A DNA stretch of 64,000 nucleotides from Bdellovibrionales bacterium (GTDB taxonomy: Bacteria; Bdellovibrionota; Bdellovibrionia; Bdellovibrionales; JAUICD01): positions 1,568,001 to 1,632,000 of the forward strand of contig OZ241865.1 of the NCBI GenBank assembly GCA_965203275.1. Reading direction: 5' to 3'. Positions 1 to 11,247 of the stretch are shown one piece after another; positions within the stretch are counted from its first letter, which is position 1, and the number at the start of each line of letters is the position of its first letter. The notes below the pieces were generated by a model. The model searched no databases. It was not told where the DNA came from and saw only the letters and a list, made by a program, of their open reading frames with translations. The position numbers were made by a program, and so were the translations under genes.

Positions 1-893
1 GTATTTCCTCTGGGCCTTCTGTATTTATAAATGTCATTGTTTTCTAAAACTACAGCTATTTCCTGACCATCATCTGTTATTTGAAATGGATTGATATAAG
101 GTTGTAAGTTTTCTGTGATTTGAACCTCTTTTTTTCTATAGACAAGACATCCGTTTGAATCCACGGCAGAGACTTCAATGACCAAAGAACCTAATTCCCC
201 TGTCAGGTCGACAGTTAGCGTTGCACCATTAAAAATCCTCTCTGATTGACCAGATGGTGATATAACTTTCCACGTAATATCTGTAAAATCAAAAACATCT
301 CTCAAAGTTAAAACAACAGAAGAATCACTAGTGAAAGAGCCTGACTGAAGTGCTATCTCTAATACACTATCTAATTGACATTCTGCTCCAATCACAATCC
401 GCTTAACAGACTTGGTCAATAAGTCAGAAGAACTTCCTTGATGAGCTGTGGCAAATAACATGTAACTTCCTGTTTGTGTGAAACGATGTTGATACTCATT
501 TTTATTTGTGGTTTGAGAGTCTACAATGCTCTCAAAACCTCTTGTAATAGTCCACTTAAAGTGATCTGCGTCAGGATGAACATGACCCATTTTGAGATAG
601 AGACCTGCATTGATATCAAATCTATCTTTGGGCATACCCTCACCCTCTGAGGGCAGGTAAGCAATGGCTTGACCCTTTTCATAAGACAAAGATGAAGATG
701 CCTCAGAATTTCCTGGTTGTTGTGGGGTTTTACTAGTGGATACAGTGTCAAACTCGCAGTTTTGAAATAAGATCAACAAAAAGCCCATACAAGCTAAACC
801 TATAATATGTAAACCTTTAAACTTGCTTCTTCTTACACGTGGCATACGTGCTAAGACGCTTTGGTGATCTTGCATTTTCTTTAAAAATGTCAT
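1..893 (-). CDS. Lipoprotein with beta-sandwich (PKD/Ig-like) character, 3' end outside window
   Basis: Not in the ORF track because it has no stop in the window. Manual translation from ATG at 893: MTFLKKMQDH...LHIIGLACMGFLLILFQNC (lipobox), then FKWTIT, HRFTQTGSYMLFATA, ITWKV; frame spot-checked down to position 3. Confidence 0.75.
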   Translation of the reverse strand, partial: MTFLKKMQDHQSVLARMPRVRRSKFKGLHIIGLACMGFLLILFQNCEFDTVSTSKTPQQPGNSEASSSLSYEKGQAIAYLPSEGEGMPKDRFDINAGLYLKMGHVHPDADHFKWTITRGFESIVDSQTTNKNEYQHRFTQTGSYMLFATAHQGSSSDLLTKSVKRIVIGAECQLDSVLEIALQSGSFTSDSSVVLTLRDVFDFTDITWKVISPSGQSERIFNGATLTVDLTGELGSLVIEVSAVDSNGCLVYRKKEVQITENLQPYINPFQITDDGQEIAVVLENNDIYKYRRPRGN

Positions 894-939
894 TTTTAAA
901 ATACCTGGAATGTCTTCAATTGATACATACCTATTAATA

Positions 940-968
940 ATATCGGTAAAAACTAAGACAAGACTTAA
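940..968 (-). promoter_or_regulatory. Sigma28 (FliA)-like promoter
   Basis: Minus strand reads TTAAG-N16-ACCGATAT, resembling TAAA-N15-GCCGATAA, about 45 nt upstream of the lipoprotein start. Confidence 0.4.
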
Positions 969-1199
969 GTACTTTAAGAAACAATATTTAGATTTAAAGC
1001 AAATCAGGATAAATCTTCTCTTTATCCCATCAGTTCATTTTTTCATCACAAGATCATCAGAGATGGTTGAAAAAAAGTAATAAATTTCAGTAGGTTAAGA
1101 AGATAAAGGTCCTGTTTAAAATTTTGATTGACTGGCATGTCTGAAGTGCTATAAGAGATAAAATATTTTTCAATAAACTAATAAACAATAAAACAAATT

Positions 1200-2447
1200 A
1201 TGAATCAAACAAACTCAAAAAATTTTCAGCAAGAAGCCTTCACTGCGGATAAATTTTTTAATGCTGTTTTGATAATGTCAGATGGTTCAACACTGCAAGG
1301 GCAAGGGCTTGGTTCTTATGGACTGACCCGAGGGGAAATTTGTTTTAATGTCTCTATGACAGGCTATCAAGAAATTCTCACAGATCCCTCTTACTTAGGG
1401 CAAATTATTACTTTTACCTTTCCTCATATTGGAAATGTAGGCTGTAATCCTGAAGACTATGAATCCAAAGAAGTTTTTTGCAATGGCCTTATTTTACGCG
1501 AATCCATTACAGAGCCTTCTAACTACAGATCAAAAATGCCCCTCTGCCAATGGCTCAAAGAACAAAATGTTATTGGTCTCTCAGGTTTAGATACGCGGTT
1601 TCTGACACGTAAAATTCGAAACGAAGCCCCACAGAATGCCCTGATCTATCACTGCAAACCCAATGAAACCATATCTATCAAAGATATTTACAAAGAGCTT
1701 AAAAAACATCCAACTCTTGTAGGTCAAGAGCTAGCTTCATTAGCCTCTACAAATAAAACCTACCAATGGAATGAGAAGCTTTATCATATCAATCAAAAAC
1801 ACATACAACCATCAGGGCCTGAATATAATGTGGTTGTAATTGATTATGGCGTGAAAAAAAACATCCTTAGATATCTTGCAAGTTATAACTTTAACGTCAC
1901 TGTTGTGCCTGCTAAAACTAGCTTTGATGATATCATCAAACACCAACCTGATGGTGTTGTATTGTCTAATGGGCCAGGGGACCCTTTTGCTACCTCTACT
2001 TATGCACAAAAGACCATTGCTACCATCTTAGAGCATAACATCCCTCTGTTTGGTATTTGTCTAGGCAGTCAGCTTTTAGCATTGACCTCTGGTTTGAACA
2101 CTTTAAAGCTTCACTGTGGTCATATTGGAGCTAATCACCCTGTTAAAAATCTCAAGAGTCCTTATGTGGACATCACTAGTCAAAACCATTGTTTCTCTGT
2201 ATCCCAAGAGGCTATATCAAATCATATAGAGATCACCCATAAATCTCTTTTTGACGATACAGTTGAAGGCGTGCGTCATAAAGAAAGGTATGCTTTTGCT
2301 GTGCAGTATCATCCCGAAGGTTCACCTGGCCCTCGTGATAGTAGTTATTTATTTAAAGAGTTTTACAACATGGTCAAAAAGTCTAAGACAAAGACTAGCA
2401 GAAAGCTTTATCAGCAAAACAAAGAAAGCTCATTACTTCAAGCATGA
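1200..2447 (+). CDS. carA: Carbamoyl-phosphate synthase small subunit
   Basis: GEICFNVSMTGYQEILTDPSY, LSNGPGDP, GICLG (catalytic Cys), QYHPEGSPGP. carB is not adjacent. Confidence 0.97.
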   Translation: MNQTNSKNFQQEAFTADKFFNAVLIMSDGSTLQGQGLGSYGLTRGEICFNVSMTGYQEILTDPSYLGQIITFTFPHIGNVGCNPEDYESKEVFCNGLILRESITEPSNYRSKMPLCQWLKEQNVIGLSGLDTRFLTRKIRNEAPQNALIYHCKPNETISIKDIYKELKKHPTLVGQELASLASTNKTYQWNEKLYHINQKHIQPSGPEYNVVVIDYGVKKNILRYLASYNFNVTVVPAKTSFDDIIKHQPDGVVLSNGPGDPFATSTYAQKTIATILEHNIPLFGICLGSQLLALTSGLNTLKLHCGHIGANHPVKNLKSPYVDITSQNHCFSVSQEAISNHIEITHKSLFDDTVEGVRHKERYAFAVQYHPEGSPGPRDSSYLFKEFYNMVKKSKTKTSRKLYQQNKESSLLQA

Positions 2448-2679
2448 TCTAACTTTTGGTTTACATATAAAATGAAGTGAATAGGTTCAAGGTAACCCTT
2501 ATTAAGGAAGCATTTGTATAAAAAGACTTAAGTGAGATGATTAAAGATTGGAAAAAAAAGAGCCGACCATCCCAATTGACTGTTGAGTATGGCCGGAGAC
2601 AGGAGTTTCTTATAAACTGTTTAAAGGGTACCAACCTGCCCCTAAACCAGAGGCAGGTGGCTTGGCTCAAAAGATTTTA

Positions 2680-3543
2680 TTAAAATGGTTGAGTGTTTGC
2701 CTGTATCAAAGACTTAACCACTTCAGCATGCCCGTTCAAAGCTGCTGTTTTTAAGGCTGCTCTATCCTCATGGTTAAGATGCACTCTAGCACCATTTTGG
2801 ATAAGCTTTTGGACAACATCCATATTGCCGTTCCTTGCAGCATAAACCAATGCAGTATTGCCTTTTCTGTCTTTAACATCTAAATCAATGCCTGGTTGAA
2901 TTAACTTAAAGCTTATGTCTTGATGATTTTTAGCTGTTGCATACATCAAAGCCGTTCTGTTGAAGTTATTGCGTATATTGCGATCAGCTCCAGCGTTGAG
3001 CAATACCTTAACAAGTTCCATATTTCCAGTTAAAACAGCTTTCATAAGTGCTGTTGTGCCTTTCTTATTTTGAATGTCAGGCTTAGCTCCTGCATTCAAT
3101 AGAGCTTTTACTGCTTGAATATGTTGTTTTTTTGTAGCAGTGATCAAAGCTGTTTCATCATAGCTGTTTTGTTCATTGACTCTGACACCTTTTTCTAACA
3201 ACATTTCTAAAATCTCCATATTGCCATTAAAAGCAGCTCTTATAAGAGGCGAAGGCTTAATGAAGAGATTTGTTTTTGGATTTTGCAAAAATATCTTAAC
3301 AGCTTCAACATCATTTCTTCTCACAGCTTCATAAACAGGTAAGAACTTTCTACCTTTAGGAGTTGTGTTGATCGTTTGAGGTGTTGTTTGATAAAGCTCA
3401 TAAGTTCTAGCTGTAATTTCTTCTTGAGTAGGTGCAGATGTGCAAGCAGGAAGAGATAAAACAGCAAGAGACATCAAGCTTATAACAGTAACACTCTTTT
3501 GAACATAAGACTTAAATTTGTTATTAAATAATTGTTTTTTCAT
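2680..3543 (-). CDS. Ankyrin-repeat lipoprotein
   Basis: Hydrophobic leader ending LPAC; about 6 ankyrin repeats (G.TAL..A...G..E.VK.LL..GA). ATG at 3543 follows AAAGGTG. Confidence 0.9.
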   Translation of the reverse strand: MKKQLFNNKFKSYVQKSVTVISLMSLAVLSLPACTSAPTQEEITARTYELYQTTPQTINTTPKGRKFLPVYEAVRRNDVEAVKIFLQNPKTNLFIKPSPLIRAAFNGNMEILEMLLEKGVRVNEQNSYDETALITATKKQHIQAVKALLNAGAKPDIQNKKGTTALMKAVLTGNMELVKVLLNAGADRNIRNNFNRTALMYATAKNHQDISFKLIQPGIDLDVKDRKGNTALVYAARNGNMDVVQKLIQNGARVHLNHEDRAALKTAALNGHAEVVKSLIQANTQPF

Positions 3544-3805
3544 AATAATCACCTTTTAAATTGTTGGGGTTAATAAACGTGCTATTTTCGTAGTCATAAC
3601 AGATTATTTTAATCATTTATGACTCGCTTTATTTTAATACAATATCTATGCCAAACAATTAAAGTAGGTAAAACTAGGATTATTTGAATATGAGCGTTTA
3701 ATTAACAGAAAAAATGTGGCTTGGTTTACAATTTTGGTCCTTTGAAGTGACAATTTTCGGCTTTATTTTAAGCAAAAGGGGTTTCAATTTCAACTATTCA
3801 TTCAA

Positions 3806-5164
3806 CTATTCAGGAGATATATTGAAATCCTCGAAAACACTTTTGTTTGAAATAAACCTTCTCAATGATAATAGTTGATCACGAATAGCCTCATACACAT
3901 CAAGAGTCATCTCTATAATGATATCTGTGTATTCAGGATAATGTTCTGTACCATAAACGTATGCATAGCCTGATAATAAAGTAGCTAATCCTATGCCCAC
4001 AGTTCCCCATGAGATGGATTTAAAAAATCTTCTGGCAATACGTGTTTTTAAAGGAATAGTGCTTTGTGTGATTTGACTCATTGTTAAAGAAGATGCATTG
4101 AAGGGAGGCCTCCATTGAGGAGATAGAAAACGCCCCATCTCTGCAACCAAGATTTGTCTATTTGCCAAAGACCTTGCTGAAATAGACTGATAAGAGGTAG
4201 GATAGCAATTTGTAGCATTTTTTATATATTGTGTTCCAAGCTTTCCTATACAATAATACAAAGAAATATATTTATAACCAAAGTCAGTTGATCGTTTACT
4301 TCTTTGAAAAGCAACATGAAGACTGTGTTTATTATAGTTATCCATTAAGCTTAATCCACCACCACCTAATCCATCTGGTTGAAAGCCTATACCTATTAGT
4401 CTGTTTCTTATATTGTCTCGATTGGCACTCAATATGTGATAGGACGGATTATAGGTAAATTTAAAGTGCGGAGATTTTCTTTTTTCTATTTCTAAGGCAA
4501 GCCTCTGTCTAGCTTCTAAATTTCTTATGTCGAGAGACTGTGCCCGCTCAATTGGGTAACAGTTTACGTCATTTTGAAGAATAGCCCTGGATATATTCCC
4601 TTTACAATAATATAAGGAGTATTTATTAGGATTACGAATATCAACGTCAACGTACAAACTTGTATCATCGAATTTATCCATAAGCTTTAAATGATTCCGT
4701 CCTTCTTTTTCTAAGCCTATATCTAAAAGCCTTTTTTCCAAAACATCAGGGTCAGTCGCTTTTGATATATATTCAAATCTGTCCATTTTACCTTCAGCAA
4801 ATAATCTTTCCGCAGTAACCGCGGTTGTTGAAACACCAACAGTGGGTCCATCAATGTAACTAGCTAGCTGAAAGGATACCAACATGGAATAAAAACCAAA
4901 AAAGCCGGCCGATGACGCAATTCTTATGCTATCTTCGTTAATAATCTCTACGTCGTCTTCCCATGCTTGAATAGCCTTATCTAAGGCCTCTTTAAAGTCT
5001 TCAACTTGCCTGTAAGTCATAAATTCCAAAAATTGTGTGTCCTCAAGAACATTCAGTATATCTGATGAAAAATCACAATGATTAGGATCACAATTAGCTT
5101 GAAGTGCAATTGGATTCAGCCAGATCAACAAAGTGCATATATAGATTCCTATATTTTGCTTCAT
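3806..5164 (-). CDS. Hypothetical exported protein with duplicated internal domain and C-terminal TM helix
   Basis: Signal peptide (..PIALQA-NCD); two ~95-aa repeats (RL..IG...L.LMD......SL.V...SLYYC.G......NCYP); C-terminal TM followed by YGTEHYPE. Confidence 0.75.
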   Translation of the reverse strand: MKQNIGIYICTLLIWLNPIALQANCDPNHCDFSSDILNVLEDTQFLEFMTYRQVEDFKEALDKAIQAWEDDVEIINEDSIRIASSAGFFGFYSMLVSFQLASYIDGPTVGVSTTAVTAERLFAEGKMDRFEYISKATDPDVLEKRLLDIGLEKEGRNHLKLMDKFDDTSLYVDVDIRNPNKYSLYYCKGNISRAILQNDVNCYPIERAQSLDIRNLEARQRLALEIEKRKSPHFKFTYNPSYHILSANRDNIRNRLIGIGFQPDGLGGGGLSLMDNYNKHSLHVAFQRSKRSTDFGYKYISLYYCIGKLGTQYIKNATNCYPTSYQSISARSLANRQILVAEMGRFLSPQWRPPFNASSLTMSQITQSTIPLKTRIARRFFKSISWGTVGIGLATLLSGYAYVYGTEHYPEYTDIIIEMTLDVYEAIRDQLLSLRRFISNKSVFEDFNISPE

Positions 5165-5302
5165 GTTAAGAAACTCCAATAAAGCTTTTTTGATACATAC
5201 TATGTAAAACTTCTTTTGTAAATAATAAGCTCTTCATATTTACATGACCTGAAATAATGCCTTGCTTTTAGCTTATTTTAAAGTGTTGTTTTAAGTAAAG
5301 TT

Positions 5303-6646
5303 TTATTGAATATCAAAGTCGTCCTTTATTTTTTGAATAGACATTTGCCTATTTAATTCATATAAAAAGTCAATTAGTTCTCTTAGTGACTCTTGTGACA
5401 TAGTTAAATCACTGATGATCTCTTGTGTCTCATCAGGATAATGCTCCATGCCATATTGATAGTAATCATAAATTAAAAATATTCCTCTTGCAAGAGCTGC
5501 AATTGCCACAGAAGTGCCTGTAATCAATGCAACCTTCAAACGTCTCTTAGTTGTAGGAGATAAAGATAAAAATCTAGCTACTCTAGTAGTCATACGTTTG
5601 ATTGAACGATTTCGCTGTGCCTGAGCCTGTGGGGATGTAGCCTGTTGTTGTGCTGGAGCAGGAGCAGAGGCTTGAGGTGGATGTGCAACCTGTTGTTGTG
5701 TAGCAGGAGCAGGGGCTTGTTGTGGATGTGTAACCTGCTGTTGTGTGGCTTGAACAGGAGCAGGAGCTTGTTGTGGATGTGCAACCTGCTGTTGTGCCTG
5801 AGCTGGAGCAGGGGCTTGTTGTGTATGTGCAACCTGTTGTTGTGTAGCTGGAGCAGGAGGAGCAGAGGCTTGAGGTGGATGTGCAACCTGCTGTTGTGTA
5901 GCTGGAGCAGGAGCAGGGGGTTGTTTTGGAGGTGTAGCCTGCTGTTGTATTGCTTGAACAGATTTGGCCTGAGGTGATTGTGGTTTAGGTTGATTGATTT
6001 CCTGATCAAGATCAACCTGATGAGGTACTATCAATAAGGGTGATTTAAATTGAGGAGATCTAATGTTTTCAAGTTCTTCTTGTAACAATCTATTCATTAA
6101 AGCATCCTTAGGGTCAAATTGAGGGAAAGCATGCATAACTTTACTTATATTATATCTTCGCATATTAACATGGTGGATTTCTAAACTATGTTGACCTCCT
6201 AGTTTATAGAAGATCAGTTGAAGGGCATCTTGTTTATTTCCGTTCATAACAGATATGCGAGTGAGATGATTGTCGTCTGCTAACACTTTGATAAAGCTAT
6301 GTTTCTCTGATGCATGGCGGAATCTATCGATTATAGGAGTTGGATTATCTATATCAGTTAATCTTTGTATAATAAATAACTCTTGTGCTGCTATGACAGC
6401 CATAGCTCCCAAAGGCGATAAGTGGACTTGACAATTCCCGTTATCAAAACACCTGGCTTCTTCTAGATCTTCTATCAAAGCCCTTATAGATTCGGTCATT
6501 TCTTCTGATTGTGAGGCATCTATAAAACTGCCTTCCATATCAATAAAATCACCAGAGGAGTCTAAGAAATCCTCATCACAACAAGCCTGCAATGTACCAG
6601 GGGTTATACTTACAAACAATATGCTTAAATATATTAAAGCTTTCAC
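5303..6646 (-). CDS. Hypothetical exported protein, paralog of 3806-5164, with Pro/Ala/Gln linker
   Basis: Signal peptide (..GTLQA-CCD); QQQVAHPxQAPAPA repeats; C-terminal TM followed by YGMEHYPD. Confidence 0.75.
   Translation of the reverse strand: MKALIYLSILFVSITPGTLQACCDEDFLDSSGDFIDMEGSFIDASQSEEMTESIRALIEDLEEARCFDNGNCQVHLSPLGAMAVIAAQELFIIQRLTDIDNPTPIIDRFRHASEKHSFIKVLADDNHLTRISVMNGNKQDALQLIFYKLGGQHSLEIHHVNMRRYNISKVMHAFPQFDPKDALMNRLLQEELENIRSPQFKSPLLIVPHQVDLDQEINQPKPQSPQAKSVQAIQQQATPPKQPPAPAPATQQQVAHPPQASAPPAPATQQQVAHTQQAPAPAQAQQQVAHPQQAPAPVQATQQQVTHPQQAPAPATQQQVAHPPQASAPAPAQQQATSPQAQAQRNRSIKRMTTRVARFLSLSPTTKRRLKVALITGTSVAIAALARGIFLIYDYYQYGMEHYPDETQEIISDLTMSQESLRELIDFLYELNRQMSIQKIKDDFDIQ
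5617..5948 (-). repeat. Intragenic imperfect tandem repeat encoding (A/T)QQQVAHPxQA(S/P)APA
   Basis: About 6 units containing GGATGTGCAACCTG(C/T)TGTTGTG-like cores on the + strand. Confidence 0.9.
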
Positions 6647-6760
6647 AGCTGACCTCTTACTTATTTTATATTTTATAAAAACAATTTCAAAAACTTAGAT
6701 TTCTGTCAAATTATTTCTAATGACTCCTTACCACACAATAAAACAAAAAGTCAAATAAGC

Positions 6761-8110
6761 TTATTTTCCAATGCAAAACTCTTTAAAAACCTTATCCATA
6801 ACCTCATCATTAAATTCTTTGCCTAAAATAGCAAAAAGACTTTTGAGTCCTATTTGAAGTTCTAATGCAATGAACTCTAAACTTTCATTTTGAATAAAAA
6901 GTCTAAGCCCCGTTTGCAAGCTTTTTTGAACCACCTTGAGAGCTTCAAAATGCCTTACTTGCATAACCATCACAGAAGCCTCTTTAAATTGCCCTTCAAG
7001 CTTTTGCACTATGGCTTCTTTGAGGTCTTGTAATCCTTCTCTTGTTTTATTTGATATATATATTCCCTCTTGAAGGGTGTCATTTTTTGACTTAATTAAG
7101 TCTTTTTTGCTGATCACTTTAATAAGAGGCAAAGAGGGCAGGCTATCTAAAAGTGTTTGGTCTTTTTGTAAGGATTTATAAGCATCTGTGACAAAAATCA
7201 GTAAATCAGCATTTAAGATAGCTTCCTTAGCTCTTTGAACTCCTATTTTTTCAATAGTTCCTTTAGCTTCTCTTAGGCCTGCCGTATCTATAAGCCTGAC
7301 AAGGTATCCATTGATCAGCATTTCACCTTCTATAAGGTCTCTTGTGGTACCTGATACAGGAGATACTATAGAACGATCTTTCTCTATAAGGCTATTGAGC
7401 AGACTGGATTTGCCTACGTTAGGTCGTCCTGCAATGGCTACTTGATAGCCTTCTTTTAAAATTTTCCCACCTTGATAGGATGACAATAGTGCTTCTACTT
7501 GATTGAGCATTTTTTTTAAATTGTTTAATATTTTTTCTGTAGGCAAGACATCTATATCCTCTGTAGTGAAATCAATGCTAGCCTCCAAGACAGATAACAC
7601 CCAAGTCATATCATCTGTGATTTGCTTGATTTGATCACTGAGGTGTCCTTTCAATTGTCTAAGAGCTTCTTGTTTGCTTTTTTGAGATTGGGCTTCGATA
7701 AGGCTCAAGACACTTTCAGCTTGCACAAGATCCATTTTGTTATTCATAAAGGCTCTATAAGTAAACTCTCCAGGACGGGCTATTCGCAAGCCATTGTTTA
7801 ACAAAGTGTCCATGATTTGTCTTACAATAAAAGGGTTTCCATGACAAGAAACCTCAACAAGGTTTTCCCCTGTATAAGATTTACCACCTAAAAAAACAGT
7901 CACAAGCACTTCATCAATAATAACAGCATTTTTTTTTAAATGACCAAAATAAGCTTTATGTGACTGAATATCTTGAGGTAGAAAGGGTGCTATTTTTTTA
8001 ATGTTTTCTATAGCAGTGGGGCCACTAATGCGAACAACAGAGATGCCCCCAATGCCTTGTGGAGTAGCTAAAGCATAAATAGTGTCGTCATCACCTTCAA
8101 GATAGGACAT
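6761..8110 (-). CDS. mnmE: tRNA modification GTPase MnmE/TrmE
   Basis: DTIYALATPQGIGGISVVRISG, GRPNVGKSSLLN, GTTRD, DTAGLRE, C-terminal FCIGK. Confidence 0.98.
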   Translation of the reverse strand: MSYLEGDDDTIYALATPQGIGGISVVRISGPTAIENIKKIAPFLPQDIQSHKAYFGHLKKNAVIIDEVLVTVFLGGKSYTGENLVEVSCHGNPFIVRQIMDTLLNNGLRIARPGEFTYRAFMNNKMDLVQAESVLSLIEAQSQKSKQEALRQLKGHLSDQIKQITDDMTWVLSVLEASIDFTTEDIDVLPTEKILNNLKKMLNQVEALLSSYQGGKILKEGYQVAIAGRPNVGKSSLLNSLIEKDRSIVSPVSGTTRDLIEGEMLINGYLVRLIDTAGLREAKGTIEKIGVQRAKEAILNADLLIFVTDAYKSLQKDQTLLDSLPSLPLIKVISKKDLIKSKNDTLQEGIYISNKTREGLQDLKEAIVQKLEGQFKEASVMVMQVRHFEALKVVQKSLQTGLRLFIQNESLEFIALELQIGLKSLFAILGKEFNDEVMDKVFKEFCIGK

Positions 8111-8285
8111 TTGTATTTGTTACCTTATAGATTTATTTTTGTTTTTGAGTTTGAGCTTGAGTTTGAGTTTGGGGAGTTATATCTGTTTGTTTAAGTTTGC
8201 TTTGCGGTGATGATCTTCAATCTGTTTATCAAACGTAGTCAATTGAAAGTATTGTGTCAAGAAGATTCTCCCCAACCTTGTTTTT

Positions 8286-8523
8286 TTCACTCAAAATGCA
8301 TCATGCCTTTCTTTCACTAAAAGTGGTCTAGCCTTCGGCTGGCAACCCAAAAGTGACCAGAGGTCAGTTTACTTTTAGTGAAACAAACGGCTAGTTTACT
8401 TTTAGTGAAACAAACGGCTGGTTTACTTTTAGTGAAAAAGAATAAGAAGGCGAATAGCCTTCGGCTGGCAACCAGAAAGTAGCCAGAGACCAAAGGTCGT
8501 AGGCTAGACCACTTTTAGTGAGA
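8286..8523. repeat. Cluster of partial copies of the structured ~145-bp element
   Basis: TTCACT(C/A)AAA starts, several TTTTAGTGAA ends, GACCAGAGGTC hairpin, GAAGGC-GAATA-GCCTTC hairpin. Confidence 0.85.
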
Positions 8524-8942
8524 CAAACCGAATGTTCTTGCTTGCGATCGAGAACAAACAAATATATAGTTTTAAATTCCATGTAGTTAGTAAGAGACAT
8601 GCAATTTCAAGTAAACCTAAGGGAGCAGTCATGCCATCAAAATCAAAACAGATCAAACAAATGCAACAGAGTACTTCTTCAGAAGCTCATCCTCATAACA
8701 TTGCTTTTCAACGGCTTTTTTCACAAAAAATTATTGTGAGGGCCTTTCTTGAAATCACATTGCCTTTGCAACTCTTAAACATCATAGATTTAAAAACGCT
8801 CACAATAGAAAAAGGAGAATTTTCTGAATATATGAAAGGTCTTTGTGACCTAGTTGTTGTGGTTAGATTGAAGAATTCTCACTTGATTGTAAAGCTTGTT
8901 TTCAACATAGAGCATCAAAGTACAATCCGCCAATTTCTTTTT

Positions 8943-9284
8943 TTCACTCAAAATGAACTGGCCTCTGGCCACTTTTGGGTAGCCAGCCCGACGGCTCACG
9001 CCGTCGATCAAAGGCTGGCTACCTCAAAAGCTTGTTCATTTTGAGTAGAGAGGATCTTTTTATTCCTTTACAGCATGTTAAGGAAACAAGATATGCTTCT
9101 AAAATGTTTTTAAGGAGCATGCCGGTCTGCAAATGAAGCTCTTTTTCCTTAACATCGTGTTAAAAAACGAAGATATTCTCTTTACTAAAAGTAAACGGAC
9201 TTTTGAGGCATTGCTCTTTTTGGACAGCGACAGATGTCAGAGCAATGCCCAAAAGTAGCTAGAGGCTAGTTTACTTTTAGTGAA
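8943..9284. mobile_element. Back-to-back pair of structured elements (8943-9086 minus, 9143-9284 plus)
   Basis: Both copies have the full architecture. Outer ends are TTCACT...AGTGAA. The pair sits inside the rpn reading frame. Confidence 0.75.
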
Positions 9285-9513
9285 ACAAATGAGGGAAAAT
9301 ATTTTAATTGTAGAAAGGGAGTTGAGTAGACTGCAAAAAGATGATATTATTAATGAAAAAGACTATGAAAGTGGTGATAAATTAGATATAATAGAAATGA
9401 CAGATGATTTGGTAAGGTATTTCTGCACATACGATGGAAACATGGCAGAAAAGCTTTTAATCAAAACAATGGAAGAAGTAGGGGAAGAAATAAAACAAAG
9501 GAAAGGAGATGTT

Positions 9514-9780
9514 ATGTTAAAATTTAGTGAGATTATTCAAAATCATGCCCGACAAAAAGGCCTGCAAGAAGGCCTACAGGAAGGGTTGCAAAAAGGGCGA
9601 CAGGAAGGAGAAGAAAAAGGGCGACAGGAAGGGCGACAGGAAGGACGACAGGAAGGAGAACAAAGCATCATCTTAAAAATGCTTAAAAATAACATGGATA
9701 TTTCAACCATAGCAAAAATCACAGAAGTGACAGAAGATAAAATACTCCAACTACAGAAAAAACTAAACAATCTAAGCTAA
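9514..9780 (+). CDS. Putative internally translated RpnS-like small protein (88 aa)
   Basis: AAAGGAGA-TGTT-ATG lies in frame inside the rpn C-terminus (MLKFSEIIQNH...). Confidence 0.5.
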   Translation: MLKFSEIIQNHARQKGLQEGLQEGLQKGRQEGEEKGRQEGRQEGRQEGEQSIILKMLKNNMDISTIAKITEVTEDKILQLQKKLNNLS

Positions 9781-9795
9781 ATATTTCTGCATTTT

Positions 9796-10141
9796 TTCAC
9801 TCAAAATGCATAGATTTTTGAGGCAATGACCATTTTGCCAACGGCGTAAGCTTTTGCAGGCAACAAGTGTAAGAAGGAACTTTTTCCTTAACATGATGTT
9901 AAGAAATGAGAAGATCCTCCTTACTAAAAATAAACGGATTTTTGAGGCAATCAGCCTTTGATCGACGGCGGTAGCCGTCGGGCTAGAAGGGACTTTTTCC
10001 TTAACATGGTGTTAAGAGGTAAAGGGATCCTCTCTACTCAAAATGCATAGATTTTTGAGGCAATGACCATTTTGCCAATGGCGAAAGCCATTGCGGTCAT
10101 TGCCCAAAAACATGCCAGAGGCATGATGCATTTTGAGTGAA
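9796..10141 (+). repeat. Cluster of structured elements; complete copy at 9995-10141
   Basis: P1 ACTCAAAATGCAT/ATGCATTTTGAGT, P2 GGCAATGACC/GGTCATTGCC, apical CAATGGC-GAAA-GCCATTG, P3 CATGCC-AGA-GGCATG. Two truncated copies lie upstream. Confidence 0.9.
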
Positions 10142-10238
10142 CCAAATTAGCTTGATGTTCCTTCTAATTATTTATAAGCTATTTTTAATTTTATTTTATA
10201 AGTTCAAACAACAATTTCACTCTTAGTGGAGGTACACC

Positions 10239-10967
<729 letters not shown>

Positions 10968-11023
10968 TCTCCCTTAATTCCGTGTTAGTTAGCTTGTATT
11001 GAATTCTGTTAAACAATCCTTCT

Positions 11024-11237
11024 TCCGGGATCCCGGAATCCGGGATCCGGCAAGCCGGCATCAGGTCCCGGATCCCAGAAGTGAAATAAATATAAATAGT
11101 ATTTATCCGGGGTCCGGGATCTGGGATCCGGCAGTCAGGCAATCAGGCAATCAGGCAAATGGGCGTAAGAAAGAACTTTTTCCTTAACATGGTGTTAATC
11201 CGGGATCCCGGAATCCGGGATCCGGCAACCCGGCATC
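11024..11237. repeat. GC-rich palindromic repeat family (GGATCC/CCGG-rich)
   Basis: TCCGGGATCCCGGAATCCGGGATCCGGCAA at 11024-11053 and 11199-11228; inverted CCGGATCCCAGA/TCTGGGATCCGG; related pieces at 19650-19727. Confidence 0.85.
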
Positions 11238-11247
11238 TAAATGAACT

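Larger units (their letters stand above)
8631..9780 (+). pseudogene. Rpn/YhgA-like (Transposase_31) PD-(D/E)XK nuclease gene, interrupted
   Basis: N-terminus HPHNIAFQRLFS...CDLVVVV...NIEHQS. Broken at ~8943-9284 by two structured elements. C-terminus has (GRQE)n repeats and KMLKNNMDISTIAKIT. Confidence 0.85.

Noticed and set aside
2450..2680. Short ORFs after carA, possible gene remnant
   Set aside because: No recognisable similarity, not carB-like, and stops or no clear start in the candidate frames.
5590..6015. Alternative-frame ORFs 5590-6015 (-) and 5645-5977 (+)
   Set aside because: Shadows of the Pro/Ala/Gln repeat in the 5303-6646 gene.
9995..10141. Structured element as tRNA, integron attC site or hammerhead ribozyme
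   Set aside because: No T-loop or anticodon cloverleaf, no RYYYAAC/GTTRRRY ends, and no CTGATGA/GAAA core.
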